From a virus: a stretch of DNA of 40,142 bases. The stretch lies in the UHGV virus genome UHGV-0061378. One strand, 5' to 3'. Below, one piece after another: positions 31,734-39,959 of the stretch (position 1 is its first letter; every line of letters begins with the position of its first letter). Made by a program: the position numbers and the translations under genes. Below the pieces are notes generated by a model. The model did not search any database and was not told the DNA's origin. It saw nothing but the letters and a program-made list of their open reading frames with translations.

Positions 31734-32049
31734 AACCAAAGAGTAGTTGGCTTTGGGGTGACGTGAAGTGCAGCTGCACGACGGCAACCGGAAGATAAGC
31801 ACCCGGCGCGTCACCGCCAAAGTCAATTCCATAGGCGTTATGCAGCCGCCACCATATTCAAGAAAGCTGCACAAGAGGTAGGAGGATTTATGTGAATACT
31901 TACATTCAATTGAGAGATTAATTAAATAGAACTGATCGAGCAGAGTCCATAAAGGCTCATAAATGCTCTTCCATCCCCGTCTAATTGGCGGGGAAGGAAA
32001 CCACTTTGCAATCACTATCAATTCCAAAGTTGTTTCATCGGAGGTCAAC

Positions 32050-32349
32050 ATGACAGTAGTCATTACATATCTGGCTGACGATAACGCCAGAAATCGCCGC
32101 AGAGCACGCAGACAGGCTCAACGTGAGCAGGCAATGCAAGAGCAGCGACTGGCGCGAAAAATTGCGCTAAAGCTCTCTGGTTGCGTCAGAGCAGACAAAG
32201 CAGCATCACTCGGAAGCCTTCGCTGCAAGAAGGCAGAAGAAGTCGAGCGTAAACAGAACCGTATTTACTACCGCAAGCCACGCAGTGAAATTGGTGTGAC
32301 TTGTGTTGGTCGCCAGAAAATGAAATTAGGCAGCAAACCACTTATTTGA
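32050..32349 (+). CDS. N: Antiterminator N-like protein
   Basis: 99 aa from ATG 32050 (GGAGG SD) with arginine-rich motif DNARNRRRARRQAQREQA near the N-terminus; first gene after pL/nutL. Confidence 0.75.
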   Translation: MTVVITYLADDNARNRRRARRQAQREQAMQEQRLARKIALKLSGCVRADKAASLGSLRCKKAEEVERKQNRIYYRKPRSEIGVTCVGRQKMKLGSKPLI

Positions 32350-32360
32350 GAGGAATTAAT

Positions 32361-32984
32361 ATGTCATCAATCCGCTTAACTACGAGAATGAAAGAGAAAA
32401 TCGCTCGTAACGCTTTAATTAAGTCTGGGGTTTTCACTGAACTTGAAGAAGTAATAAAGTTAAAGAACCAGCTTGCACTTGACGCCAGAGTTATTGCGTT
32501 TGGCGGTAAAAAGAAAACTGAGGAAGTGGATCAGTTATCATCCAAGTTAGTAGCTATAAGTGAAGAACTTGAAAAGATGGGATGTTCATTTTACTCATAC
32601 GATGTTCGTTCTACTTCGATTTATCTGACTGTATCTGGAAGAAGGGTTGGCTGGCATTCATACGGAAAAGACGGCAACGGTGAAGATATATTGCTCCCCA
32701 CCCCAGAAAAAGATAAATGCATGTTTGACGCAGAACACGAAATAACAAAAAGGTTTGATGAAATCTGCGCATTGCAACAAAAACTTGAAGCCAAGAAAAA
32801 GGATATCGAATCAAATGTATTGGCTGCTTTGAACTCAGTCACAACAGTTAAGCGACTTATTGAAGTTTGGCCTGAAAGCAAAGAATTGCTACCAAAAGAA
32901 GCAGATAAAGCAAGTACAGCACTTCCTGCTTTACGGGTAGAAGATTTGAATAAGATGATTGGACTTCCTCCCGAGGCCGCATAG
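32361..32984 (+). CDS. Hypothetical protein (ral/sieB/gene-17 position)
   Basis: 207 aa from ATG 32361 with GAGAGG SD, immediately after N; no recognisable motif. Confidence 0.6.
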   Translation: MSSIRLTTRMKEKIARNALIKSGVFTELEEVIKLKNQLALDARVIAFGGKKKTEEVDQLSSKLVAISEELEKMGCSFYSYDVRSTSIYLTVSGRRVGWHSYGKDGNGEDILLPTPEKDKCMFDAEHEITKRFDEICALQQKLEAKKKDIESNVLAALNSVTTVKRLIEVWPESKELLPKEADKASTALPALRVEDLNKMIGLPPEAA

Positions 32985-33021
32985 TCGGCCTTTATTTTTG
33001 GCATAAACAACAGAGGCTAAC

Positions 33022-33318
33022 ATGGAATTTAAAGGTACTGAAGGTAAGTGGGAAATAATGATGGATGGCGATGAGATTAAAATCATCCAGGCAGACTCAC
33101 TTGAAAATGGCGCAGGCTGGCGTTCGTATATTGCAATCTGTGAGGAAGTTCAATGCATTGAAGATGCCAATCTAATAGCGGCAGCACCTGACCTTCTCGA
33201 AGCACTTCAGTTATTACTTAAGCAATCCAAAAATAGAACAACGACAACATATCCAGAATGGTATGGAGCTGTTAATAAAGGTCTTGCAGCAATCAGAAAA
33301 GCTCTTGGGGATAAGTAA
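33022..33318 (+). CDS. Hypothetical protein
   Basis: 98-aa ORF with AGAGG SD in the pL operon. Confidence 0.55.
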   Translation: MEFKGTEGKWEIMMDGDEIKIIQADSLENGAGWRSYIAICEEVQCIEDANLIAAAPDLLEALQLLLKQSKNRTTTTYPEWYGAVNKGLAAIRKALGDK

Positions 33319-33506
33319 TGAAAGTAAAAATAACTGCTTCTAATACCAGTTTTGTTAGTGTTGGTGATATTACAGAAGTAATGACAAACCATGATGGAAC
33401 ACAAGTTATGTGGTCTGATTTTTGTAAAAGATATGAGCGAGTCGCTTGGTGTAAACTCGTATGGGGCGTCGAATACGAAGAATTACCTGAAATGCATGAC
33501 GAATAA
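33318..33506 (+). CDS. Hypothetical protein
   Basis: 62-aa ORF whose start overlaps the preceding stop (TAATG). Confidence 0.45.
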   Translation: MKVKITASNTSFVSVGDITEVMTNHDGTQVMWSDFCKRYERVAWCKLVWGVEYEELPEMHDE

Positions 33507-33512
33507 GCACTG

Positions 33513-33539
33513 TGTATTCATTCCAACGAGTGAATACAC
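33513..33539. repeat. 9-bp perfect inverted repeat GTGTATTCA-N9-TGAATACAC
   Basis: Read directly; arms contain the operator half-site GTATTC/GAATAC. Confidence 0.6.
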
Positions 33540-33601
33540 GGAGCAATGTCGCTCGTAATTAAACAGGAGCCGACTTGTTCTGATTATTGGAAATCTTCTT
33601 T

Positions 33602-33628
33602 GCCCTCCAGTGTGAGGGCATTTTTTTG
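33602..33628 (+). terminator. Rho-independent terminator inside the pL operon (tL1-like)
   Basis: GCCCTC-CAGTGT-GAGGGC followed by ATTTTTTTG. Confidence 0.75.
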
Positions 33629-33639
33629 ACGGAGGAAAT

Positions 33640-33951
33640 ATGAAATTACGTGTCTGGCATATCCCGCAAGTACCTATGAAACCGTTCATTGCAGAAGTGG
33701 CAAGTGTTGAAGAGGGTGTTCGCCTGATGGACGCACTGGCTGATTATGACGCCTTTCAGTATGACAACAACATCAAGCCTGATTACTGCAATGCTAACGG
33801 CCTTGAGATGTGGGATGAGAGCCTTACCGATGAAGATTTATCAGAGATGGGGCTTACTGATCGCTGGGTGGATTGGTACAGCGAATGCCAATATTACGAC
33901 GACCCACGTAAATATCTCGAAAGCCTGAAAGAAGAGACATCAGCCGCCTAA
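33640..33951 (+). CDS. Acidic hypothetical protein
   Basis: 103 aa, GGAGG SD, strongly D/E-rich with several W/Y. Confidence 0.6.
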   Translation: MKLRVWHIPQVPMKPFIAEVASVEEGVRLMDALADYDAFQYDNNIKPDYCNANGLEMWDESLTDEDLSEMGLTDRWVDWYSECQYYDDPRKYLESLKEETSAA

Positions 33952-34026
33952 GCGCGGCTTTACCGCATACCAATAACGCTTCACTTGAGGCGTTTTCGTT
34001 ATGCAATCAAACAGAAGGAGCATCCT

Positions 34027-34197
34027 ATGCAACAGTTCGCTATTGCAGGGGCGGCATCGGTTCGCCCTTTCAACCCGATTTTATCGGTACAGCATTCACG
34101 AAAAAATATTTTAACCGGAGCAGACTTTAAACAACCAAGAATGAAAAGTTTGCTCGAAAAGCTTTGGGATATTTTGAAACAACAAGGCCGTCCATGA
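34027..34197 (+). CDS. Possible CIII-like protein
   Basis: 56 aa from ATG 34027 (AAGGAG SD): MQQFAIAGAAS...MKSLLEKLWDILKQQGRP loosely resembles lambda CIII (MQYAIAGWP...LIDILNQPG). Confidence 0.4.
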   Translation: MQQFAIAGAASVRPFNPILSVQHSRKNILTGADFKQPRMKSLLEKLWDILKQQGRP

Positions 34198-34364
34198 GTT
34201 TTACGGATAACTGGTCAGACGAAGAATTCATTCGTCAGATAAAAGAATTAATCGGCAACGAAGGAGATATTCATGTCACTTGCAACCACAGTGAAGGAGA
34301 GCAAGTTACAGAGACGCATGTACACGCAGCAGGCGTTAATGTATCGCCAGAAGGGGGATCGTGA
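34194..34364 (+). CDS. Small hypothetical protein (kil position)
   Basis: 56 aa; ATG overlaps the previous stop (ATGA). Confidence 0.4.
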   Translation: MSFTDNWSDEEFIRQIKELIGNEGDIHVTCNHSEGEQVTETHVHAAGVNVSPEGGS

Positions 34365-34453
34365 AGGTGTTCGCGTATTTTTAAATGCGGCAAAGACTGA
34401 AGTATTAAATCAGCGTTATTTCCTTGGGCCATGTCCATTCTGAGAACAAACAT

Positions 34454-35059
34454 ATGAGCAAAGAATTTTACGCAAGACTGGCAGCTATTCAGGAGAATCT
34501 GAACGCGCCAAAAAATCAGTACAACTCATTCGGTAAATATAAATACAGAAGCTGCGAAGATATTCTTGAGGGTGTTAAGCCGTTACTGAATGGCCTGTTT
34601 TTATCAATCAGCGATGAAGTTGTGTTGATTGGTGATCGGTATTACGTGAAAGCAACGGCAACTATTACTGATGGCGAAAACAGTCATAAAGCAACCGCTC
34701 TTGCACGAGAGGAAGAAAGCAAGAAAGGAATGGATTCTGCACAAGTTACGGGAGCTACAAGCTCTTATGCACGCAAGTATTGCCTCAATGGTTTATTCGG
34801 CATTGATGATGCGAAAGATGCAGATACAGACGAGCATAAACATCAGCAGAACGCAGCAGCAAAGCAATCAAAACCATCACCTACATCTGAACAGGTTCTA
34901 AAAGCATTCACTGACGCAGCAATGCAGAAAAACACCTTAGAAGAGCTTAAACAGGCGTTCGCCAAAGCGTGGAAGATGCTCGAAGGCACACCGGAGCAGC
35001 ACAAAGCGCAGGACGTTTACAACATCAGACGAGACGAATTAGAAGGAGCGGCTGCTTAA
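34454..35059 (+). CDS. erf: Erf single-strand annealing protein
   Basis: 201 aa MSKEFYARLAAIQENLNAPKNQYNSFGKYKYRSCEDILEGVKPLL..., closely matching remembered P22 Erf. Confidence 0.9.
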   Translation: MSKEFYARLAAIQENLNAPKNQYNSFGKYKYRSCEDILEGVKPLLNGLFLSISDEVVLIGDRYYVKATATITDGENSHKATALAREEESKKGMDSAQVTGATSSYARKYCLNGLFGIDDAKDADTDEHKHQQNAAAKQSKPSPTSEQVLKAFTDAAMQKNTLEELKQAFAKAWKMLEGTPEQHKAQDVYNIRRDELEGAAA

Positions 35060-35442
35060 TGGCACATTCGATTACTGTAAGACTAAACAAGCCCGCAAGA
35101 GAGTTTCAGGCCGGGGAAAATATCGGATTCAACATCCGTGCTGGCGTTCAGTATTACGATCGCCAGACAAAAAAGAAAGAATGGACAAACTACAGCGCCG
35201 TTGTATTTGCCAAGCCGGGAGCGCAAGCGGATTACTACCGTAGTGTTCTTGTTGAAGGTGGCATTGTGGAAATTACCGGAGAAAACATCAGGGTTGATGT
35301 TTATCAGGGGCAAAATGGTCAATCAATCACTCTTGAATTACTGAATGCAAAGATTGGATTTGCAGCTTCAGGAAATGGCCCGCAGCAGCAAAGCAGTAAC
35401 CAGCAGAACACTCCTGTATACGACGATTCCATCCCATTCTGA
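35059..35442 (+). CDS. SSB-like protein with host-SSB-type C-terminal tail (DDSIPF)
   Basis: 127 aa; ATG overlaps the erf stop (TAATG); Gly/Gln-rich linker followed by an acidic tip ...PVYDDSIPF like the E. coli SSB tail. Confidence 0.7.
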   Translation: MAHSITVRLNKPAREFQAGENIGFNIRAGVQYYDRQTKKKEWTNYSAVVFAKPGAQADYYRSVLVEGGIVEITGENIRVDVYQGQNGQSITLELLNAKIGFAASGNGPQQQSSNQQNTPVYDDSIPF

Positions 35443-35465
35443 TTTAGAAAAATAAGGATTCCATT

Positions 35466-35762
35466 ATGCCAGCGCCTCTGTATGGTGCGGATGACGCGCG
35501 CCGCTGTTCCGGCAATTCCGTATCGGAGGTGCTGGATAAATTCAGAAAAAACTACGACCTGATAATGTCGCTACCGCAGGAAACGAAAGAGGAAAAGGAA
35601 TTTCGCCACTGTATATGGCTTGCAGAGAAAGAAGAACGAGAGCGAATTTACCAGACATCAATCAGACCATTCCGCAAAGCCACATATACCCACTTCCCTG
35701 AATATATCGACCCGCGCCTGCGTAATTACCGCTCACGCTATGGCGCTATCAGTAATGACTGA
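35466..35762 (+). CDS. Abc2-like anti-RecBCD protein
   Basis: 98 aa [57 protein letters not shown]..., matching my recollection of P22 Abc2; sits after erf as in P22. Confidence 0.65.
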   Translation: MPAPLYGADDARRCSGNSVSEVLDKFRKNYDLIMSLPQETKEEKEFRHCIWLAEKEERERIYQTSIRPFRKATYTHFPEYIDPRLRNYRSRYGAISND

Positions 35763-35772
35763 GGAATTTACC

Positions 35773-35937
35773 ATGAGAGGACTTGCATACAATCCCGGCA
35801 TTCTTCCGGCAGAAATGATTATTCGCCAACGCGTAAAGCCAATGCCATCGAGAGAGGAATTACTTAAGCGAGAGAGTTTCGGTTCTGTTAATGACAACAA
35901 ATATCTGAATGCGATGTTGCGGAGTGGGAAGAAATGA
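35773..35937 (+). CDS. Small hypothetical protein
   Basis: 54 aa from ATG 35773 (GAGGA SD); stop overlaps the next start. Confidence 0.4.
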   Translation: MRGLAYNPGILPAEMIIRQRVKPMPSREELLKRESFGSVNDNKYLNAMLRSGKK

Positions 35938-36404
35938 AACAAATGTCACTAATTGAGATGGATGGTTTTCTGAAAGGTAAATGCATTCCAAGTGATTTAA
36001 AGGTTAACGAAACAAACGCTGAATATCTGGTGCGTAAGTTCGGTGAGCTTGAATCAAAACTGGAAACGGCGTTGCGGGAGTGTCGTTCTGCTGGAATCAC
36101 GATTGATAACCTTGAGGCCAAGTGCACGGCGCTGGCAGCGGAGAGTGCGGGGCTGAAAAAGTTCTGTGAAGACGCAGCGTTTGATGCTGATTATGAGTCA
36201 GAACTTCTTGGAGAACGCGGTGGATTTGTTGATGGGCTTAGCTTGGTAAAAACCCCAGCCACCGACACTTTCCTGGATGAAGTGCGGGCGCAGGGGGTGG
36301 AGATGTTCTCAGAAAAATTCGGAGGTGGCACTCCGCTTTCCAATATGGTCAAAGAGGTTGCGGCTGATTTTGCCGCGAAACTTCGCAAAGGAGGCAACCA
36401 GTGA
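35934..36404 (+). CDS. Hypothetical protein
   Basis: 156-aa ORF, coupled on both sides. Confidence 0.55.
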   Translation: MKQMSLIEMDGFLKGKCIPSDLKVNETNAEYLVRKFGELESKLETALRECRSAGITIDNLEAKCTALAAESAGLKKFCEDAAFDADYESELLGERGGFVDGLSLVKTPATDTFLDEVRAQGVEMFSEKFGGGTPLSNMVKEVAADFAAKLRKGGNQ

Positions 36405-37009
36405 GCGAGATTAACTATCAGGCACTGCGTGAGGCGGCACAGAACGCGAAAAATTTAGGTGGGATTAAGAATTACAAGCGAGGCGAGCAAGCTGTTGCCG
36501 AATTTAAGTCCTTGATAACGCCACATATTGTGCTGGCGCTTCTGGAAGAACGGGAAAGAAACCTGCAATACATCAAACGCCGTGACCAGGAGAACGAGGA
36601 TATTGCGCTAACGGTAGGGAAGCTGCGAGTTGAGCTTGAGGAGACAAAATCAAAACTCAACGAGCAGCGAGAGTATTACGAAGGTGTTATCGCGGATGGA
36701 AGTAAACGCATAGCAGAACTGGAAAAACAATGCGCCGAATGGGAGCGAAAAGCATTAAGTAACTTTGAAGAGTGTGCTGCGATGGCTGAACGTATCGAAG
36801 AGATGAGTAAACAAAGTTGCGAAGCTCGGGAGCGTGATTTGTTTGAATCATGGGTAATGCATTCAATTTGTATTTCCAAATCGACACTTGAAGGATTGCG
36901 CACCGAAACCGGATACCGTAACGCAACCTTATCAGGCACAGACTTCAACCGAATGTGGGAACAATGGAAATCTATCCGCGCCGCTGGCATTCGCATCAAA
37001 GGAGAGTGA
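36401..37009 (+). CDS. Ead/Ea22-like coiled-coil protein
   Basis: 202 aa, GTG start after AAAGGAGG; N-terminus [21 protein letters not shown]... typical of lambdoid Ea22-like proteins. Confidence 0.65.
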   Translation: MSEINYQALREAAQNAKNLGGIKNYKRGEQAVAEFKSLITPHIVLALLEERERNLQYIKRRDQENEDIALTVGKLRVELEETKSKLNEQREYYEGVIADGSKRIAELEKQCAEWERKALSNFEECAAMAERIEEMSKQSCEARERDLFESWVMHSICISKSTLEGLRTETGYRNATLSGTDFNRMWEQWKSIRAAGIRIKGE

Positions 37010-37010
37010 T

Positions 37011-37199
37011 ATGAACGGACAAATATCAATTATTCGCCCTGGAACTACTGACGAAGAAATAAGGGTGATTATCCGCCTTGCGATGGGTAGAACAATAACT
37101 GCTCTCATTACTCCTGAAAATCTCGCATTAGCATTAACCGGAAAGTCAGACCTGCCAGTAGAGCTAAAGCTGCGAAATGTTGAGATTAAGGTGAAATAG
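37011..37199 (+). CDS. Small hypothetical protein
   Basis: 62 aa from ATG 37011 with AAAGGAGAG SD. Confidence 0.5.
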   Translation: MNGQISIIRPGTTDEEIRVIIRLAMGRTITALITPENLALALTGKSDLPVELKLRNVEIKVK

Positions 37200-37201
37200 T
37201 T

Positions 37202-37621
37202 ATGAATACTCTTACCAAAGAACGCCTGCTGAAAATCAAGCAGTGGCGCGATACATACGGACCGGGTAGCAACGTTGTGCTTCCAGCTGAAGAAGCGGAA
37301 GAACTGGCAAGGATTGCACTGGCATCGCTGGAAGCAGAGCCTATTGGTGAAGTTTCAGAGAAGCGATACGGCCTTATTATGGATGGAATGGTAGACCTTG
37401 GCGGGAAATCAACTTATCGCATCATTAAGGGAGAAAAAGCGATGAAGTTGTTGCCGCTGGGGACGAAGTTTTATACCGCACCGCCAGTGCCTGTAGTGCC
37501 GAAAGAAAAACCAATGCCTAACCCTTTTAGCATGTACGCGGTTGATGCTGTTGCCGCTATTGCAGAGGTGAGAGGCTGGAACGCCTGCCGCGCCGCCATG
37601 CTTCAGGGTAAAGGAGAGTGA
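37202..37621 (+). CDS. Hypothetical protein (C-terminal RAAMLQG motif)
   Basis: 139-aa ORF; its 3' end carries one copy of a 23-bp direct repeat. Confidence 0.55.
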   Translation: MNTLTKERLLKIKQWRDTYGPGSNVVLPAEEAEELARIALASLEAEPIGEVSEKRYGLIMDGMVDLGGKSTYRIIKGEKAMKLLPLGTKFYTAPPVPVVPKEKPMPNPFSMYAVDAVAAIAEVRGWNACRAAMLQGKGE

Positions 37622-37622
37622 T

Positions 37623-38216
37623 ATGACCACTATTACCAATAAAAAACAGTATCCCAGCGAGCAATATCTTAATGAGCTGATCACCAACATGGAGTTTGCT
37701 GCAAGGGCACCAGTTGAAGTCGTGAGAGCGATGGCAGCAGAGCTACAGAAGCGGCGCGAAGCTGATAGCGCAGAACCAGTTGCTTATATTTTCAAACATC
37801 CGGCCGGAAAATTATTCTGGGCTTTAACGGATGAAAGCAATAAAAATCAATCGGACGTTATTTCTGTTTATGCTGCCCCACCTGCACCGATATCGTCGGA
37901 GGCCATTGAAAACGCAATTGAATACATCCGCAGTATCGCTTTTCACATCGATGAAAACGATTATCACGGCAAACATATTGCGTATTTCATGCGACAAGCA
38001 TTGGCCTGGCTGGAAGGTCATTCATGCCGCGATGACAGCCAGGGCAAATCCGATAATTCACCATTGCCGCGCTACCAGGTTATCGAATTAACAATGCTGG
38101 TTAAACAATTGGTCAGCCAACTGAAAAAAGCAAAACCTGATTGCAAATTACCAGATAGGGCGATGGATTATCTTTTGCGGAACGGACTGGTAAGTGTGGA
38201 GGGTGTTTTACGATGA
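37623..38216 (+). CDS. Hypothetical protein
   Basis: 197-aa ORF, tightly packed between neighbours. Confidence 0.55.
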   Translation: MTTITNKKQYPSEQYLNELITNMEFAARAPVEVVRAMAAELQKRREADSAEPVAYIFKHPAGKLFWALTDESNKNQSDVISVYAAPPAPISSEAIENAIEYIRSIAFHIDENDYHGKHIAYFMRQALAWLEGHSCRDDSQGKSDNSPLPRYQVIELTMLVKQLVSQLKKAKPDCKLPDRAMDYLLRNGLVSVEGVLR

Positions 38217-38854
38217 CCATTTCTACCAAAAAGCCTCTTTATGCTGAGGTTAACAATGTTCCTGATGATTATGAGTTCACTGACGAGGAACTAAACAGAA
38301 TTATTGCAGGTGATATGTTCACTCCTCGTCAGGACGCAATAATGGCACGGGAGATACAGAAACTCCGCGCCGCCATGCTTCAGGGTAGCCAACCTGTAAG
38401 CCAAACTTACAACTTGCCAGAATTAATCGAAGGCATGGAAGTTTCCATTGATGTAAGCACTTGTGATGCTGATTTAGGTAATCGCTATTTCGGTACCGTC
38501 ACCGAGGCGTCAGAACTTGATACAGCCAAGAATGGTTACATCCTCCTGGTTCAGGACGCAGAGCCAAACTTCGATATAAATGACAACTCTCCGGTAACTC
38601 CGGATGGTTGGGTTATAGTGCCGAAGAAACTAACCGCTGAGAACGGCGCTAAGGGTGTGCTATCCGGTGAATTTTCAGAAACGACGTTTATAAGCTGCCC
38701 GGAATGTTTTGGCGATGATGATTGCGATACCTGTGACGGTAGCGGGCGGATTGAAATTAAAGTACCAGTCACGTGGACGACCATAAAATCCATCTGGGAT
38801 AAAGGTATTGCGTATTTTGCAGCAGAACCGAGGCAGGAGGTTAACCGTGGCTAA
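38213..38854 (+). CDS. Hypothetical protein with C-terminal Cys cluster (internal RAAMLQG motif)
   Basis: 213-aa ORF; contains the second copy of the 23-bp repeat and a CPECFGDDDCDTCDGSG motif. Confidence 0.55.
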   Translation: MTISTKKPLYAEVNNVPDDYEFTDEELNRIIAGDMFTPRQDAIMAREIQKLRAAMLQGSQPVSQTYNLPELIEGMEVSIDVSTCDADLGNRYFGTVTEASELDTAKNGYILLVQDAEPNFDINDNSPVTPDGWVIVPKKLTAENGAKGVLSGEFSETTFISCPECFGDDDCDTCDGSGRIEIKVPVTWTTIKSIWDKGIAYFAAEPRQEVNRG

Positions 38855-39131
38855 CCTGCAACTTGCAGTCAAAGGTGAATACTTCGATGCCATGATTCGC
38901 GGAGAGAAAACGGAAGAGTATCGCCTGTGTAATGACTACTGGAATAAGCGAATTATGTTCCGGGAATATGACCGCCTGATTATCACAAAGGGATATCCGA
39001 AGCGTGACGATTCCAGCCGCAGAATTGACGTTCCGTATGGCGGCTATGAAATCAAGACAATCACACATCCGCACTTCGGCGATAAACCGGTAAAGGTGTT
39101 CGCGATAAAGGTGAATATCGGCAATGAATAA
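38847..39131 (+). CDS. ASCH-domain-like protein
   Basis: 94 aa from GTG 38847 (GGAGG SD): ANLQLAVKGEYFDAMIRGEKTEEYR... fits the ASCH GxKxxExR pattern. Confidence 0.5.
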   Translation: MANLQLAVKGEYFDAMIRGEKTEEYRLCNDYWNKRIMFREYDRLIITKGYPKRDDSSRRIDVPYGGYEIKTITHPHFGDKPVKVFAIKVNIGNE

Positions 39132-39203
39132 CAATCCTCGCACTCGCGGGGATTTCTTTTATCTGAACTCGCTACGGCGAGTTTTGTTTAATGGAGACAA
39201 GAA

Positions 39204-39548
39204 ATGTCAGATTTGGCTATGAAAGTTTTGAAATGGCAATCGACTGGCGATGTTGGCATCAGTAGCGCAACTCTTGCCTCAATCGCATGTGGACTGAAAA
39301 ATAATATCTATGGTCATAGCTTCAGTGCTCCACATGACGCAGCTGATTTCCGGCGATGCGTTGCACTTGTTGAGCAGATTCCAGAAATCAGAGATTCATT
39401 CGACAAGGTTGCAAAGCGCGTTCCGGCATTCAAAGGCATCCTCAACGAATGGGATTCCCTCGTTGCTCTGTTGAAGTCTGAAATGAAGATACACGGAAAC
39501 AAAGCACCAGAGACTTACAGAAGAATCAGCGATCTACGCAAGGACTAA
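39204..39548 (+). CDS. Hypothetical protein
   Basis: 114-aa ORF followed by tandem terminators. Confidence 0.55.
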   Translation: MSDLAMKVLKWQSTGDVGISSATLASIACGLKNNIYGHSFSAPHDAADFRRCVALVEQIPEIRDSFDKVAKRVPAFKGILNEWDSLVALLKSEMKIHGNKAPETYRRISDLRKD

Positions 39549-39551
39549 CCC

Positions 39552-39580
39552 GCCTCACACTCGATGAGGCATTTTCATTT
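39552..39580 (+). terminator. Rho-independent terminator
   Basis: GCCTCA-CACTCGA-TGAGGC followed by ATTTTCATTT. Confidence 0.6.
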
Positions 39581-39605
39581 ATCAAGATATCCAGACCTAC
39601 CATCG

Positions 39606-39628
39606 CCGCATCAATGCGGTTTTTTATT
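39606..39628 (+). terminator. Rho-independent terminator (second of a tandem pair)
   Basis: CCGCA-TCAA-TGCGG followed by TTTTTTATT. Confidence 0.7.
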
Positions 39629-39637
39629 GCCTGATTT

Positions 39638-39653
39638 GCAGGTTCGATTCCCT
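39638..39653 (+). other. tRNA-Arg T-arm-like fragment (TTGCAGGTTCGATTCC)
   Basis: 16-nt match to the T-arm of tRNA-Arg(CCU)/argW as remembered; diverges afterwards and has no acceptor end, so not a functional tRNA. Confidence 0.5.
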
Positions 39654-39670
39654 ATTCGGAGATAGCACTC

Positions 39671-39871
39671 ATGCAACACGAACTACAACCTGATTCACTG
39701 GTTGATTTGAAATTCATCATGGCCGATACTGGCTTTGGTAAAACCTTCATCTATGACCGGATTAAGTCCGGCGACCTGCCAAAAGCCAAAGTTATCCACG
39801 GGCGAGCAAGATGGTTATATCGTGACCATTGTGAATTCAAAAATAAGCTCTTAAGCCGCGCCAATGGGTAA
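39671..39871 (+). CDS. AlpA/Xis-like DNA-binding protein (excisionase/regulator)
   Basis: 66 aa; last gene before the att region, upstream of int on the circular map; resembles AlpA-family proteins. Confidence 0.7.
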   Translation: MQHELQPDSLVDLKFIMADTGFGKTFIYDRIKSGDLPKAKVIHGRARWLYRDHCEFKNKLLSRANG

Positions 39872-39944
39872 AATAGCGGGTAAAATATTTTTCACATCTA
39901 AAAAACACCATTCCAATCAATCCCCTGCCGCGCCAAGTAGATGT

Positions 39945-39959
39945 CTGCAGGGGACACCA
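39945..39959 (+). other. attP core: identity with the 3' end of tRNA-Arg (CTGCAGGGGACACCA)
   Basis: 15-nt match to the argW acceptor 3' end including CCA, as remembered; between alpA/xis and int; flanked by GGGTAAAAA-type arm repeats in both orientations. Confidence 0.65.

Noticed and set aside
31569-31766. 65-aa plus-strand ORF spanning OL/pL and nutL
   Set aside because: It covers operator palindromes and the boxA/boxB elements; this is regulatory DNA upstream of N, not a gene.
39580-39665. Possible intact tRNA gene upstream of alpA
   Set aside because: Only the T-arm 16-mer matches tRNA-Arg; no complementary acceptor stem, no CCA end and no D or anticodon arms could be built, so it is kept as a fragment.
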